From positions 52,371 through 116,370 of IMG/VR virus record IMGVR_UViG_3300027969_000055: a DNA stretch of 64,000 nt. One strand, written 5' to 3'. Shown in pieces: positions 18,488-27,370 of this stretch. The DNA is from a virus. Each line of letters opens with the position of its first letter. The stretch's first letter is position 1. The position numbers were made by a program, and so were the translations under genes. The notes under the pieces were generated by a model. The model worked only from the letters and a program-made list of their open reading frames with translations. It did no database searches and was not told the origin of the DNA.

Positions 18488-19853
18488 TTGATAATTGCTC
18501 TTCTAATTTTTTCATTTGATTCTTTGTATCAACTCTACCGTTGTATAATCTAGTAAGAATTGTTCGAGCGGCTGAATCATTTTTATTTGTGAAGACCGTA
18601 TCGTTTTTTGTTAATATTTGGTCAGGTTGTATTTCAATACCAGGTTTGGTTTTTCCTAAATAAGAGTCTGGTGAAATATTAAATTGAATTTGAATGTTTG
18701 GATACATTGATGCAAAGTCAAAACATGAAACGTATTTGTAATATCCAGGTTCAGGCTTTGCAACATAGGCTCCATCGTATGTTGCATCTTCTTCCAATTC
18801 TCTTCGGTCGTTTGCCATATACCGGCCTCGGTCTAGAAACTCACGACACATTAATGATTCAGTAATGAATACTGCTGAGAATACTTTTGAAACATCGACC
18901 TTTGCAAATTTTGAAATTGCAAATGCAACATCAAGTAGTCCAAGTTTATCTTCAATCAACTTAATAAGAATTGTATCGATGATATTATACTTAATAAAGT
19001 TTTCAATATCTTGTTGAGCTTCCATCATGGTTGCATATTCACTATGGAGTTTGGTTGTTCCTAATACTAAATTCGCAATATAGTCTAACTTATAATTCTC
19101 AACTACTTTATAAGGTTTAGTATTCATAAATACTTCCATGTAATCTAAAAGACCTAAATGAACCGGCATTTTTGATTTACCAATTAATGTTTTAGAAGGC
19201 ATGGTTTTCATTGGATCAATATCTAATTTTTTACAACGGTTAATTAGATAAATCCAGTCAAATCCAATAACATTCCAACCAGTTAAGAATGGAATCTTTG
19301 GAAGAACTTTATGGAAGAAGGTTTTCATTAACTCTTCTTCAGTTTCAAAGAACAAATATTTAAGAGTAAAGGTTTGACCGTGAGCTTTGAAATATTCATT
19401 GACTTCATCTTGCATTTGTAAAATTGGAGACTCTTCTAATTTCTTCATGGTTGACATTACAAAACAAATATTATCTTCATTAACAAATGTAATCAAGTTA
19501 ACTGGCATTGCTGCTTTTGCTGGATCAGGAAACTCTTGCGAAGTTAACTGAATCTCAATATCTAAATAGTACTTCTTTGGGCTATCATCTGAATAAATTG
19601 AAGCAAGTTCGGTTTCGTCTAATCTGGTTTGAGTTAATTCCTCAAGTCTAAAACGACTTAACCATTTACCTTGAACCTTCTTTAGGAACTTTCCATCCCA
19701 ATTTCTGTGTTCAGTTGGAGTTGGAGTTAAGTTCCAATTATAGAGATCATGTGGAAGTATTGGCTTTTTCATAAAGCCAATGTTACCGTCTGGTTTATAA
19801 TAAGAAATAACAAGAGTCGAGTCTTCTGTATGAAATTCTGTGCTTACAATCAT
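18471..19853 (-). CDS. gp43: Family B DNA polymerase, N-terminal part only (exonuclease plus motif A; gp43A-like)
   Basis: ExoI DIEI, ExoII GWNVIGFD, ExoIII YNIID and motif A DFASMYP are present; the ORF stops before motifs B and C. Confidence 0.88.
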   Translation of the reverse strand: MIVSTEFHTEDSTLVISYYKPDGNIGFMKKPILPHDLYNWNLTPTPTEHRNWDGKFLKKVQGKWLSRFRLEELTQTRLDETELASIYSDDSPKKYYLDIEIQLTSQEFPDPAKAAMPVNLITFVNEDNICFVMSTMKKLEESPILQMQDEVNEYFKAHGQTFTLKYLFFETEEELMKTFFHKVLPKIPFLTGWNVIGFDWIYLINRCKKLDIDPMKTMPSKTLIGKSKMPVHLGLLDYMEVFMNTKPYKVVENYKLDYIANLVLGTTKLHSEYATMMEAQQDIENFIKYNIIDTILIKLIEDKLGLLDVAFAISKFAKVDVSKVFSAVFITESLMCREFLDRGRYMANDRRELEEDATYDGAYVAKPEPGYYKYVSCFDFASMYPNIQIQFNISPDSYLGKTKPGIEIQPDQILTKNDTVFTNKNDSAARTILTRLYNGRVDTKNQMKKLEEQLSSEKVA

Positions 19854-19871
19854 ATTGTATATTATACTAAA

Positions 19872-20351
19872 TTAATAACCTCTTTGTTGGCGAGCTTTAT
19901 TCTCTTCGTTCTTAGACATGTACATATTGAACATTTCTTGAGAAGTCATTCCAACTGATATTGCATAGTTCATAAAGAAGTGAAGCATATCGACTATTTC
20001 AAATTTGCACTCAATCTGATCAGATTCTGATAAATCTGAGAACTTTTTATCTGAATATCCTTCATGTGCTGATTTCCAGCGCTTCCAAATTGCATTTCCT
20101 GAACCGTCATTGATTCCGCCAAGAGCATCGGTTGCTTCGTGGATTTCGTCAATCATTGCATGGTTATTCATATGCCAAAATGTCATAAGTTCTCTAAGAT
20201 TCATGTTTGCAAAGTCATACCCGTAAACATTCTTTTGAGTATCAGCCTGAATGTCCATGATTTGACCTAGGGTGTCTTTGTTTACTTCTGTTCGGTCTGA
20301 CCAGTGATCTTTAATTTCTAATTTTGCGCAAGAGTTATCTATATTTGCCAT
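19872..20351 (-). CDS. gp56: dCTPase/dUTPase (T4 gp56-like, all-alpha)
   Basis: DEIHE, WKRWK, EIVDMLHF and C-terminal KNEENKARQQRGY. Confidence 0.82.
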   Translation of the reverse strand: MANIDNSCAKLEIKDHWSDRTEVNKDTLGQIMDIQADTQKNVYGYDFANMNLRELMTFWHMNNHAMIDEIHEATDALGGINDGSGNAIWKRWKSAHEGYSDKKFSDLSESDQIECKFEIVDMLHFFMNYAISVGMTSQEMFNMYMSKNEENKARQQRGY

Positions 20352-20369
20352 ATTTATGTAGTTTATATC

Positions 20370-20398
20370 ATCTTTTACCCTAAAAGTGAAAAAGGTTT
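20370..20398 (-). promoter_or_regulatory. non-late promoter motif AAAC-N16-GTAAAAGAT
   Basis: Upstream of the gp56/polymerase unit. Confidence 0.55.
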
Positions 20399-20419
20399 AA
20401 CTTTGGATACAATATTGCT

Positions 20420-20491
20420 GATAAATAACTTTATCAACTCGTAGACAGTCTTTAAATTTATGAATTTGGGGCGAATGCGATAAATAAATAA
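20420..20491 (+). promoter_or_regulatory. tandem late promoter-like GATAAATAA sites (20420 and 20479)
   Basis: Upstream of the tail sheath gene. Confidence 0.55.
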
Positions 20492-20514
20492 CTTCAAAAT
20501 AATACGCAAAAGCG

Positions 20515-23500
20515 ATGGCAGAAAAATTAAATCTGAACAGATACAAGTCAAGCGGTGTCTATACAGTAGAAATTGATGAGAGCACTAACCTTTCATTACC
20601 TCTTTCAACTGGAAGATTGGTAATTGGCTCGAGTAAAAAAGGACCTATCAATTCAGTAGTACTAGTTAATGACTTACGTACTCTATCGGCAGTCTATGGC
20701 GATGTTGACTCTAAATTAGAAAAAAACGGTAATTATTTTCATAGAACAATTCAAGTTGCACTAAGAAATGGACCGGTTTATGCTCTGAATTTATTGCCGA
20801 TTGCTGACTCAGATGTTGCATACTTTACAACATTTAATACAGAAGCAGCTTCAAATAATTCTACATGGTCTGCAAGTTCCTATAAAAGTAGCATAGCTGA
20901 TTTTTATAATACTCAGAAACTATGGTTTGCTGATGTTGATGCGGTTAACAAATATAAAAATTTAGCCCTAGGCGATTCATTCCCAGCGACTGGAACAGTA
21001 GATAAAGATGCAAACAAATTGCTAAGCTTAGTTAACTTGTCTAAGAAACCTGTTACCGCATGGGCTAGAATAGCAGATACCACTGGATATGATATTAAAG
21101 TTAAGGAATATTATAAATTGCTTGGAGATAAGGTTGAGGTTCCTGATTTCTTACATCCAGATGATTATGTTGCTGACTACTTTGTAGAATTAGCAGTGGT
21201 TGAAGGAGATTGGTCAGACTCTCTTAGATTATCTAAAGACCCAATTTATCAACAATATTTTAATGCAAGCGGTATTATTTTAGCAAAGTTAAATGATTTC
21301 TTATCATTAAAAGAAGTTACAGTAGTTAACCGTACAATTGGAGCAATTATCCCAGAATTTACAGACCTAGCTGGATCGCCAGCTTCACTAGACCATTTAT
21401 TTAATAATAAATTCTCTCAATCCGGAGTTTATTGTGCTCTTGACTACAAGAAAATTGATATGATTGATTTACTGAACAATCCGGTATTTGATAGTGGTAG
21501 TGCAACTGAATCAATTGAATCACAGCGTCTTGACCTAGTAGGTTACGGATTTGATGAAATTGATTCTCAAGTTTATTCAGTAGATACAGGTAATCCAGAT
21601 CTATCAATTGAGCCAGTTAAATTAATTGATGTATTGAGTTACAAAAAAACTGCTGGTTACAAATATTATTTCAATATTCCAACAACTTCACCTGATAATT
21701 ACGATATTTTACCAGGCGACCCTCTTTCTCTCGGTCAAATGTATACGGTTAATCCAACTGGTTCTGATAATAATTATATTATTGCAACAATCGGTAGTCC
21801 ACTGTATAATGCATGGGCAAATGGATTTATTAAAACTGGAGATACTCTACTTACGGGATCTACTAGATACTTATCAACGGATGGAGTAGTTAAAACAGTT
21901 ATGAATGGAATGGTTAAAGTTAGCTATATTGAATTTTATGCGTATAGCGATTTAACTTATACTAACCAAGTTGATGCAGCTGCAATAACTAGTGGATCTA
22001 ATAAGTATTTGCATATTGTGTCATCTACGCCTACTGAATTTAACATTGATTTTGACTTGACTGACACTGACATATTTATGCCAGGTTTTAATTATTTTGC
22101 GCCTAACCAATTAGTATTTACCTTAACTCCTACCCTTTATGGAAATCCAGCAAAAAAGGAAACTGCAAATACCAATGCACCCTATGATGCAGATTTAAGA
22201 GGTGATATTGAAAGTTTTATTAAAACAGGTCAATACGTTAAAGCTGGAGTACTTACTGACGTAAATGGTGATCCAGTTATTCGTGAACGCTTATTGAAAA
22301 TTAAGTCAGTTTACGCAAAGGCTGTAACTGTTACCTATTTAGGAGATCCTACTAAGACTCTACAGTATACAATTACAGTAGACTCTCCATTAGACTCAAA
22401 TGTAACAGGTATCGATCTTACTGGTTCAATACTAAAGGTATATAAAGGAATTAAAAATTACGTAACTAACCTTAGAGGTTTTTATGTACCAGCAATATCA
22501 ATTGATGAAGTTGGTTTATATCCTAATGGAACATCGGCTCGTCAAGATAAGATCCTTGATTATATGTTCAATGATACTAATATTGCAGCAACTATTGCAG
22601 ATAATGAGACCTTAAACTTCCGTTATATTATTGATTCGTTTGAAGGTCAAATTGCACCTGCTTCTAAACAGCAACTTGCACAACTTGCAGCAAATCACGG
22701 AAAAGCACTAGCTATCTGTAATGCTCCATCTTTTGCTCAATATGAAAAATCAATTGACCCTAGTTTTATCGATTTTAATACTAACTTAGTATCAACTGAA
22801 TATATTTCAACTGGTGGTAACCTATCTTCAAATCCTCAATTTGTATTTGGATTTGCAAGTGGAGATAAAAATGGTATTGCAATTTCTTCTTATGCTGCAT
22901 ACTTTATGCCTAACTTGGTAATATTTGATAACGGTAGAAGTAAATCAGTTCCGCCTGCTGCGTATATTGCAAATGCATATATGCGAAAATATTCAAGTGG
23001 AAATACTTTCTCAATCGTTGCAGGTAAACGAGGTATTATTACTGATGCCGAAGTAACTGGAGTAGAATATGATTTAACTAATGATGATAGAGATTATTTA
23101 GAGCCAGTAGGCTTTAATATGATCGTTAGACGTAGAGGTTTTGGAGTAATGATTTTCTCAAATAACACAGGTTATCAAAGAGTAAAATCTGCACTTAATA
23201 ACGTTCACGTTAGAGAAGCCCTAGTAACAATTGAAAGAGATATTGAGAGAATCTTATTGAATTACCTATTTGAATTCAATGATCCAACTACTAGACTAAG
23301 AGTTAAAACATTAGTTAAAAACTATTTAGAAGCAGTTCAAGATGCTAGAGGTATTTCAACGTTTGACGTAATATTTGATGATTCTAATAATGGATCTGAG
23401 GTTCTTGAAAATAACGCTGGTGTAATTGATATTATTGTTGATTTCCCAAGAGGTATTCAAAAGTTCATCAACCGTATCACAATCACAAGAGCTGGAGGCC

Positions 23501-23541
23501 AATTAGCTTCTGCGTCTACTGGATTTACGCCTTCATTCTAA
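20515..23541 (+). CDS. gp18: Contractile tail sheath protein (gp18-like, enlarged)
   Basis: SGVYTVEIDES, KGPIN, VPPAAY, AGKRG, NVHVRE, FEFND and DDSNN motifs. Confidence 0.9.
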   Translation: MAEKLNLNRYKSSGVYTVEIDESTNLSLPLSTGRLVIGSSKKGPINSVVLVNDLRTLSAVYGDVDSKLEKNGNYFHRTIQVALRNGPVYALNLLPIADSDVAYFTTFNTEAASNNSTWSASSYKSSIADFYNTQKLWFADVDAVNKYKNLALGDSFPATGTVDKDANKLLSLVNLSKKPVTAWARIADTTGYDIKVKEYYKLLGDKVEVPDFLHPDDYVADYFVELAVVEGDWSDSLRLSKDPIYQQYFNASGIILAKLNDFLSLKEVTVVNRTIGAIIPEFTDLAGSPASLDHLFNNKFSQSGVYCALDYKKIDMIDLLNNPVFDSGSATESIESQRLDLVGYGFDEIDSQVYSVDTGNPDLSIEPVKLIDVLSYKKTAGYKYYFNIPTTSPDNYDILPGDPLSLGQMYTVNPTGSDNNYIIATIGSPLYNAWANGFIKTGDTLLTGSTRYLSTDGVVKTVMNGMVKVSYIEFYAYSDLTYTNQVDAAAITSGSNKYLHIVSSTPTEFNIDFDLTDTDIFMPGFNYFAPNQLVFTLTPTLYGNPAKKETANTNAPYDADLRGDIESFIKTGQYVKAGVLTDVNGDPVIRERLLKIKSVYAKAVTVTYLGDPTKTLQYTITVDSPLDSNVTGIDLTGSILKVYKGIKNYVTNLRGFYVPAISIDEVGLYPNGTSARQDKILDYMFNDTNIAATIADNETLNFRYIIDSFEGQIAPASKQQLAQLAANHGKALAICNAPSFAQYEKSIDPSFIDFNTNLVSTEYISTGGNLSSNPQFVFGFASGDKNGIAISSYAAYFMPNLVIFDNGRSKSVPPAAYIANAYMRKYSSGNTFSIVAGKRGIITDAEVTGVEYDLTNDDRDYLEPVGFNMIVRRRGFGVMIFSNNTGYQRVKSALNNVHVREALVTIERDIERILLNYLFEFNDPTTRLRVKTLVKNYLEAVQDARGISTFDVIFDDSNNGSEVLENNAGVIDIIVDFPRGIQKFINRITITRAGGQLASASTGFTPSF

Positions 23542-23565
23542 TTAATAAAAGCTTACTACAAATAA

Positions 23566-23589
23566 AAAGGACCTCAATTGAGGTCCTTT
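23566..23589. terminator. bidirectional terminator (perfect palindrome)
   Basis: aaaggacctcaattgaggtccttt between convergent genes. Confidence 0.8.
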
Positions 23590-23646
23590 CTTGTTTAGGG
23601 CCGACAGGATATGTCAGATTCCACCACTTGGTTTAAGTCCAAGAAC

Positions 23647-24219
23647 TTAGTCTTCAATTTCCATAATACCTTCCAGAACTCGAATAGAGTCAGTTGAGTC
23701 ATTATGCAAAATACCGGTTCCGCCAGCATCAGTCCATTTATTTAGTTTAGTATCAAAATCGTCAATTAAAATGTCAAATTCATTTCTGGCATATTTCCAT
23801 TTGTCTTGATCTAAAATAATTCTGGTTTTACTTGTAAAATCTTCAGGTTTAGTAACAGGTTCTTCGTCAATATGGAGGTGTAATTTAATCCATTTTGTTT
23901 TACCGGCTAAACATTCAGGACTTCTACTTGGAGCAGACAAGATAATTGGATCGTATTGTTTTAAATAGTCCCATAATTCTCTGCCGTCTTGCGTCCATGG
24001 TAAATCTGACCAAAAGTCTTCTCCCAGTTTATCTAGAATTGGCCAAATTGAATTTTTACCATGAAGTTTTTCGTATGCATGTGGAGAAAGTTTTTCAGGA
24101 TTTTCTGGGATTTCCATAAAGCCTCGATTAAAATCTACTAAGACTCCGTCTAGGTCGCAGAAAATTGTGTATTTTCCGCCTCTTTTTTCAAAGATAAATT
24201 GGTCAAATTTCTTAAGCAT
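23647..24219 (-). CDS. HAD-family 5'(3')-deoxyribonucleotidase-like protein with an N-terminal capsid-targeting-like motif
   Basis: DLDGVLVDF, ILSAP, GKTKW and LIDD motifs; probable start at MLKKFDQFIFE (24219), overlapping the groES stop. Confidence 0.8.
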   Translation of the reverse strand: MLKKFDQFIFEKRGGKYTIFCDLDGVLVDFNRGFMEIPENPEKLSPHAYEKLHGKNSIWPILDKLGEDFWSDLPWTQDGRELWDYLKQYDPIILSAPSRSPECLAGKTKWIKLHLHIDEEPVTKPEDFTSKTRIILDQDKWKYARNEFDILIDDFDTKLNKWTDAGGTGILHNDSTDSIRVLEGIMEIED

Positions 24220-24544
24220 TTTCTTTAAGTTCAAATTGGGTATCTTGATCTTTGTTAATTATGGCCAAAAGATCGTTTGCCATTACTAGGTGATATCCGA
24301 TACCGTCCCAAGTTACGTCAAGGCCTGAATATCTTTGATATAGAACCTTATCACCAGCTTTAACTGGGCATTTTGAATTATCTGGAACTGAATGCCCTAC
24401 TGAGATTACTGTTCCAGTATTTGGTCTCTTACGTGCATCAACTGATAGAATAATTCCAGTTTCAGTTTTTTTCTCTACTGTATCTGGTAAAACCAGGATT
24501 CTCTCGAATAGCGGCATAAAGCCTTTTGTTATATCAACACTCAT
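24212..24544 (-). CDS. groES: Co-chaperonin GroES
   Basis: PLFERILV, mobile loop TETGIIL, GTVISVG, VKAGDKVLY, DLLA. Confidence 0.9.
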   Translation of the reverse strand: MSVDITKGFMPLFERILVLPDTVEKKTETGIILSVDARKRPNTGTVISVGHSVPDNSKCPVKAGDKVLYQRYSGLDVTWDGIGYHLVMANDLLAIINKDQDTQFELKENA

Positions 24545-25656
24545 TAGTATTTATAATTTTTTTTGAATTTGTAATAATTAAATTTACGGCGAACGGTTAA
24601 ATCAACGCTTGCTTTTATTGCATCAAGTACGTCAGTTGGAAAAAGCTTTGTACTTAATCTTACTAGTGTCTTATTACGATGGATGTTATTCTCGATCGTC
24701 TGCCATTCACCTGGTTCCTTTATCTTTAGAGTATCACATGTTATTTCACGCATTACATCAAGGAACCCAGAATCACCCGAATCGATTAGTTCTTTAACAT
24801 CAGACCACTCATATGATTCTCTAACATGCTCTATTATTTTAGTTACTTTAGAAGCAGTCATTTTTGGATGAACTCTTGGAATATTATCAGAACTGTCTCC
24901 AGCTAAACACTTTGTTAAAATATCTAGGGTTGGATCAATTGTTAAGTGTTGATAGTCTTTTTGGGTTAAGTCATTTATTATATTGATAACTGCTGAATTA
25001 TCAATTGACTCAATATCAAAATCAAATAAATTAATTTCTGCGGGCTTTTCGTCTTTACCAAAATCTTCAGTTGTATAAATCTTTTTATACTTTGTCATTT
25101 GTTTTGGCATAATTAAAATAACCTTTCGCTTATTGCTTTCTAATAATTGAGTTAAGTCTTTATCCACTGACCAAATACAAATATCTTCATTTAGATTTTC
25201 GCAAATGTAGGCAATTAAATCATCGCCTTCTGCTCCAGGTACTCGATTGACGACTACCCCGTATTCATCTGAAATTATATTTAGTATTTCAGTTTGAAAG
25301 TATTCAAAGAACAGATAAATTTTGTCATCGTATTTTCTTTGACCTTTATAACTGAAGTCTCCTTCTCCGTGAGTTTCAAAATGTTCCTTAATATATTTTT
25401 TTCTCCAACTCTTAGAGTCAAATACAAAAAATACTGATTGGATATTTTCCTTAAACGGAGCAAGAATACTTCCAAAATAATTTGTTGAAAATGATTTAAA
25501 CGAATCTTTACTACCTTGTTTAAGAATAAATTTATCATCGTTTAATAAATCAGCAACGTAATACTTTTCGCCTATCCTCTTATCGTTTGCAAGAATGTTT
25601 TTAACAATACTTACTGCTACGTTTAAAAAAGCATTTCCGTCTATGATTAAATTCAT
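24544..25656 (-). CDS. rnh: 5'-3' exonuclease / T4 RNase H-like flap nuclease
   Basis: IIDGN, SWRK, YKGQR, EGDD, DKDLTQL and GDSSDNIP motifs. Confidence 0.88.
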   Translation of the reverse strand: MNLIIDGNAFLNVAVSIVKNILANDKRIGEKYYVADLLNDDKFILKQGSKDSFKSFSTNYFGSILAPFKENIQSVFFVFDSKSWRKKYIKEHFETHGEGDFSYKGQRKYDDKIYLFFEYFQTEILNIISDEYGVVVNRVPGAEGDDLIAYICENLNEDICIWSVDKDLTQLLESNKRKVILIMPKQMTKYKKIYTTEDFGKDEKPAEINLFDFDIESIDNSAVINIINDLTQKDYQHLTIDPTLDILTKCLAGDSSDNIPRVHPKMTASKVTKIIEHVRESYEWSDVKELIDSGDSGFLDVMREITCDTLKIKEPGEWQTIENNIHRNKTLVRLSTKLFPTDVLDAIKASVDLTVRRKFNYYKFKKNYKY

Positions 25657-25657
25657 T

Positions 25658-25936
25658 TTAATTAGTTGGTTGTTTAGGAACTTGTAATTTCTTTATTGCT
25701 TTTACAATAAGTTCAGATTCTTCTAGTGTAAATATTCCTTTAGCTTGGCAGTGGTTAGCTGATGCTACTAAAATAAGAACTGCATGTTCTGGAGTTAAAT
25801 TTACCAAAAAGTTTTCATAATCTTCAAGATTAGTATAACTAATTGAAGAAAGTAGAGTAGCTATTGGAGCGGCCTCAGGTTGATTCGCGTCAACCTGAGG
25901 AGCTTCAACTACTGGTGGTGTTTTTGATTTTGCCAT
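25658..25936 (-). CDS. hypothetical protein
   Basis: ORF fills the gap between the gp32 and rnh genes. Confidence 0.6.
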   Translation of the reverse strand: MAKSKTPPVVEAPQVDANQPEAAPIATLLSSISYTNLEDYENFLVNLTPEHAVLILVASANHCQAKGIFTLEESELIVKAIKKLQVPKQPTN

Positions 25937-25955
25937 TTTGTAGTTTAATTATTTT

Positions 25956-27008
25956 TTATAAAGATGCAAATAAATCGTCTAAGTCATCTGCTTTTGGGGC
26001 AGCTGCTTTAGCGGTAGGTTTAACTTCCGGCTCAGGTGAAGAGCTTCCAAAGTCATCATCTAAATCAATGAATGAGCTTACATTTTTTACTGCTGGAGCT
26101 GGAGTGAATTCAATATTTTCTCCAAGTGGTGCTTGCGTTCTAGCAACTGGTGCAGATAATTTAAAGTGCTTCTTCATTCTTTCATCTTTAGTGTTTGCAA
26201 CTAAATTGTCAATGATTTGTTTGTAAGGAACAATTGCTTTAATATAGTCTGCAACTTTTTCGTATTCAACATCAGTCCATTCCTTTAAGAAATATTGACT
26301 CATATCTGGTGAATTCTTTTTAAAGTATTCGCTTACAAATTGCATAACCTTAGGCTCAGTAGAAACTGGAATTTCTTTACCTTGAGTTGAGATAATTAAT
26401 GGGCTAACTTCATTCATGAATTTACTAGCACTAAAATCTCTCCATGCTTTAGTCTTACGCTTAATAACCAAAACAAAATCCTTACCGGTAGTAAGTGAGA
26501 ATGGATTGATTTTTTGAGTAGTAACTAATTCTTGTTCAGGATTAATTTCTTGTTGGATTAAGTTATCAATTGTATATCCATAAGAATATATTTTGATTTT
26601 ACCTTCCATTGTAGGAAATTGTGGATCCTTCTTGATATAAACACAAGAATAGTAATTGTAATAACGATTGAAATACTTTTGAATCTCTTCAACGATTGAA
26701 GGCTCTTCATTTTTTAATCGCTTTAATTCAAGATCAAGCGTCCAAAGAATTGATGATGCGCCGGTTGTTGATGGACAATCTACATACAACTTTTCATTGG
26801 TTAACGGGTTTATTAATTTAGCTGCATATTTTTTATAGCGGCTCTTAGTTGGATCGGTTACCCAAGGGATAAAACGAATAACTGATTTGTAAATACCGTT
26901 TTGACCTTGGTCTGGACCGGGATTGTACACGTTGTCGTCGACTTTGCGACCAGCGGATGATGATTTACCTGAGAAATCATCGAGATTAAGATTGAATAGA
27001 TCTTCCAT
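25956..27008 (-). CDS. gp32: Single-stranded DNA-binding protein (T4 gp32-like)
   Basis: VIRFIP, CPST, NPFSLTTGKDF and acidic C-terminal tail DDLDDLFASL. Confidence 0.85.
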   Translation of the reverse strand: MEDLFNLNLDDFSGKSSSAGRKVDDNVYNPGPDQGQNGIYKSVIRFIPWVTDPTKSRYKKYAAKLINPLTNEKLYVDCPSTTGASSILWTLDLELKRLKNEEPSIVEEIQKYFNRYYNYYSCVYIKKDPQFPTMEGKIKIYSYGYTIDNLIQQEINPEQELVTTQKINPFSLTTGKDFVLVIKRKTKAWRDFSASKFMNEVSPLIISTQGKEIPVSTEPKVMQFVSEYFKKNSPDMSQYFLKEWTDVEYEKVADYIKAIVPYKQIIDNLVANTKDERMKKHFKLSAPVARTQAPLGENIEFTPAPAVKNVSSFIDLDDDFGSSSPEPEVKPTAKAAAPKADDLDDLFASL

Positions 27009-27038
27009 ATTGTTTATAATGTTTAATAATTTAATAGA

Positions 27039-27065
27039 ATTGTACTAAATAAGTGTGAAGAGTTT
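27039..27065 (-). promoter_or_regulatory. non-late promoter motif AAAC-N16-GTACAAT
   Basis: Upstream of the gp32 gene. Confidence 0.6.
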
Positions 27066-27067
27066 TC

Positions 27068-27100
27068 AAAAAAAAAGGACAAGTTTTAAAACCTGTCCTT
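27068..27100 (-). terminator. terminator after the Hc1-like gene
   Basis: aaggaca...tgtcctt stem with an A-run on the + strand (U-run on -). Confidence 0.75.
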
Positions 27101-27124
27101 AAATGTGAACTTTTAGTCTAAAAA

Positions 27125-27316
27125 TTAGGCTTTAGTATCAACTTTAGATTCTTGAACGTGAGTTCGGCCTTCTTGACAAAGTGCTTTAATGTCTTGAAGA
27201 ACTTTACGAGTTCTAGTTCCAGCTGATTTATTTCCTTTTTCGTAGAATTTTCCAGCTTCTGCTTCTAATTGAGAAACGTGTTCCTTTAGCGATGTTAACC
27301 ATGTAGGTGTTGTCAT
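27125..27316 (-). CDS. Histone H1-like (Hc1-family) small basic protein
   Basis: KGNKSAGTRTRK..L..R motif typical of short Hc1-like proteins. Confidence 0.75.
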   Translation of the reverse strand: MTTPTWLTSLKEHVSQLEAEAGKFYEKGNKSAGTRTRKVLQDIKALCQEGRTHVQESKVDTKA

Positions 27317-27335
27317 AATTTCAAATATTTTTTGT

Positions 27336-27364
27336 ATCTTATATTTGAGAAATCCACCCGGTTT
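27336..27364 (-). promoter_or_regulatory. non-late promoter motif AAAC-N16-ATATAAGAT
   Basis: Upstream of the Hc1-like gene. Confidence 0.5.
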
Positions 27365-27370
27365 TAAATA

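Noticed and set aside
19861-19890. Additional non-late promoter directly upstream of the polymerase gene
   Set aside because: GTATAAT is present but the upstream AAC is at an 18-nt spacing, so it was not counted among the nine matches
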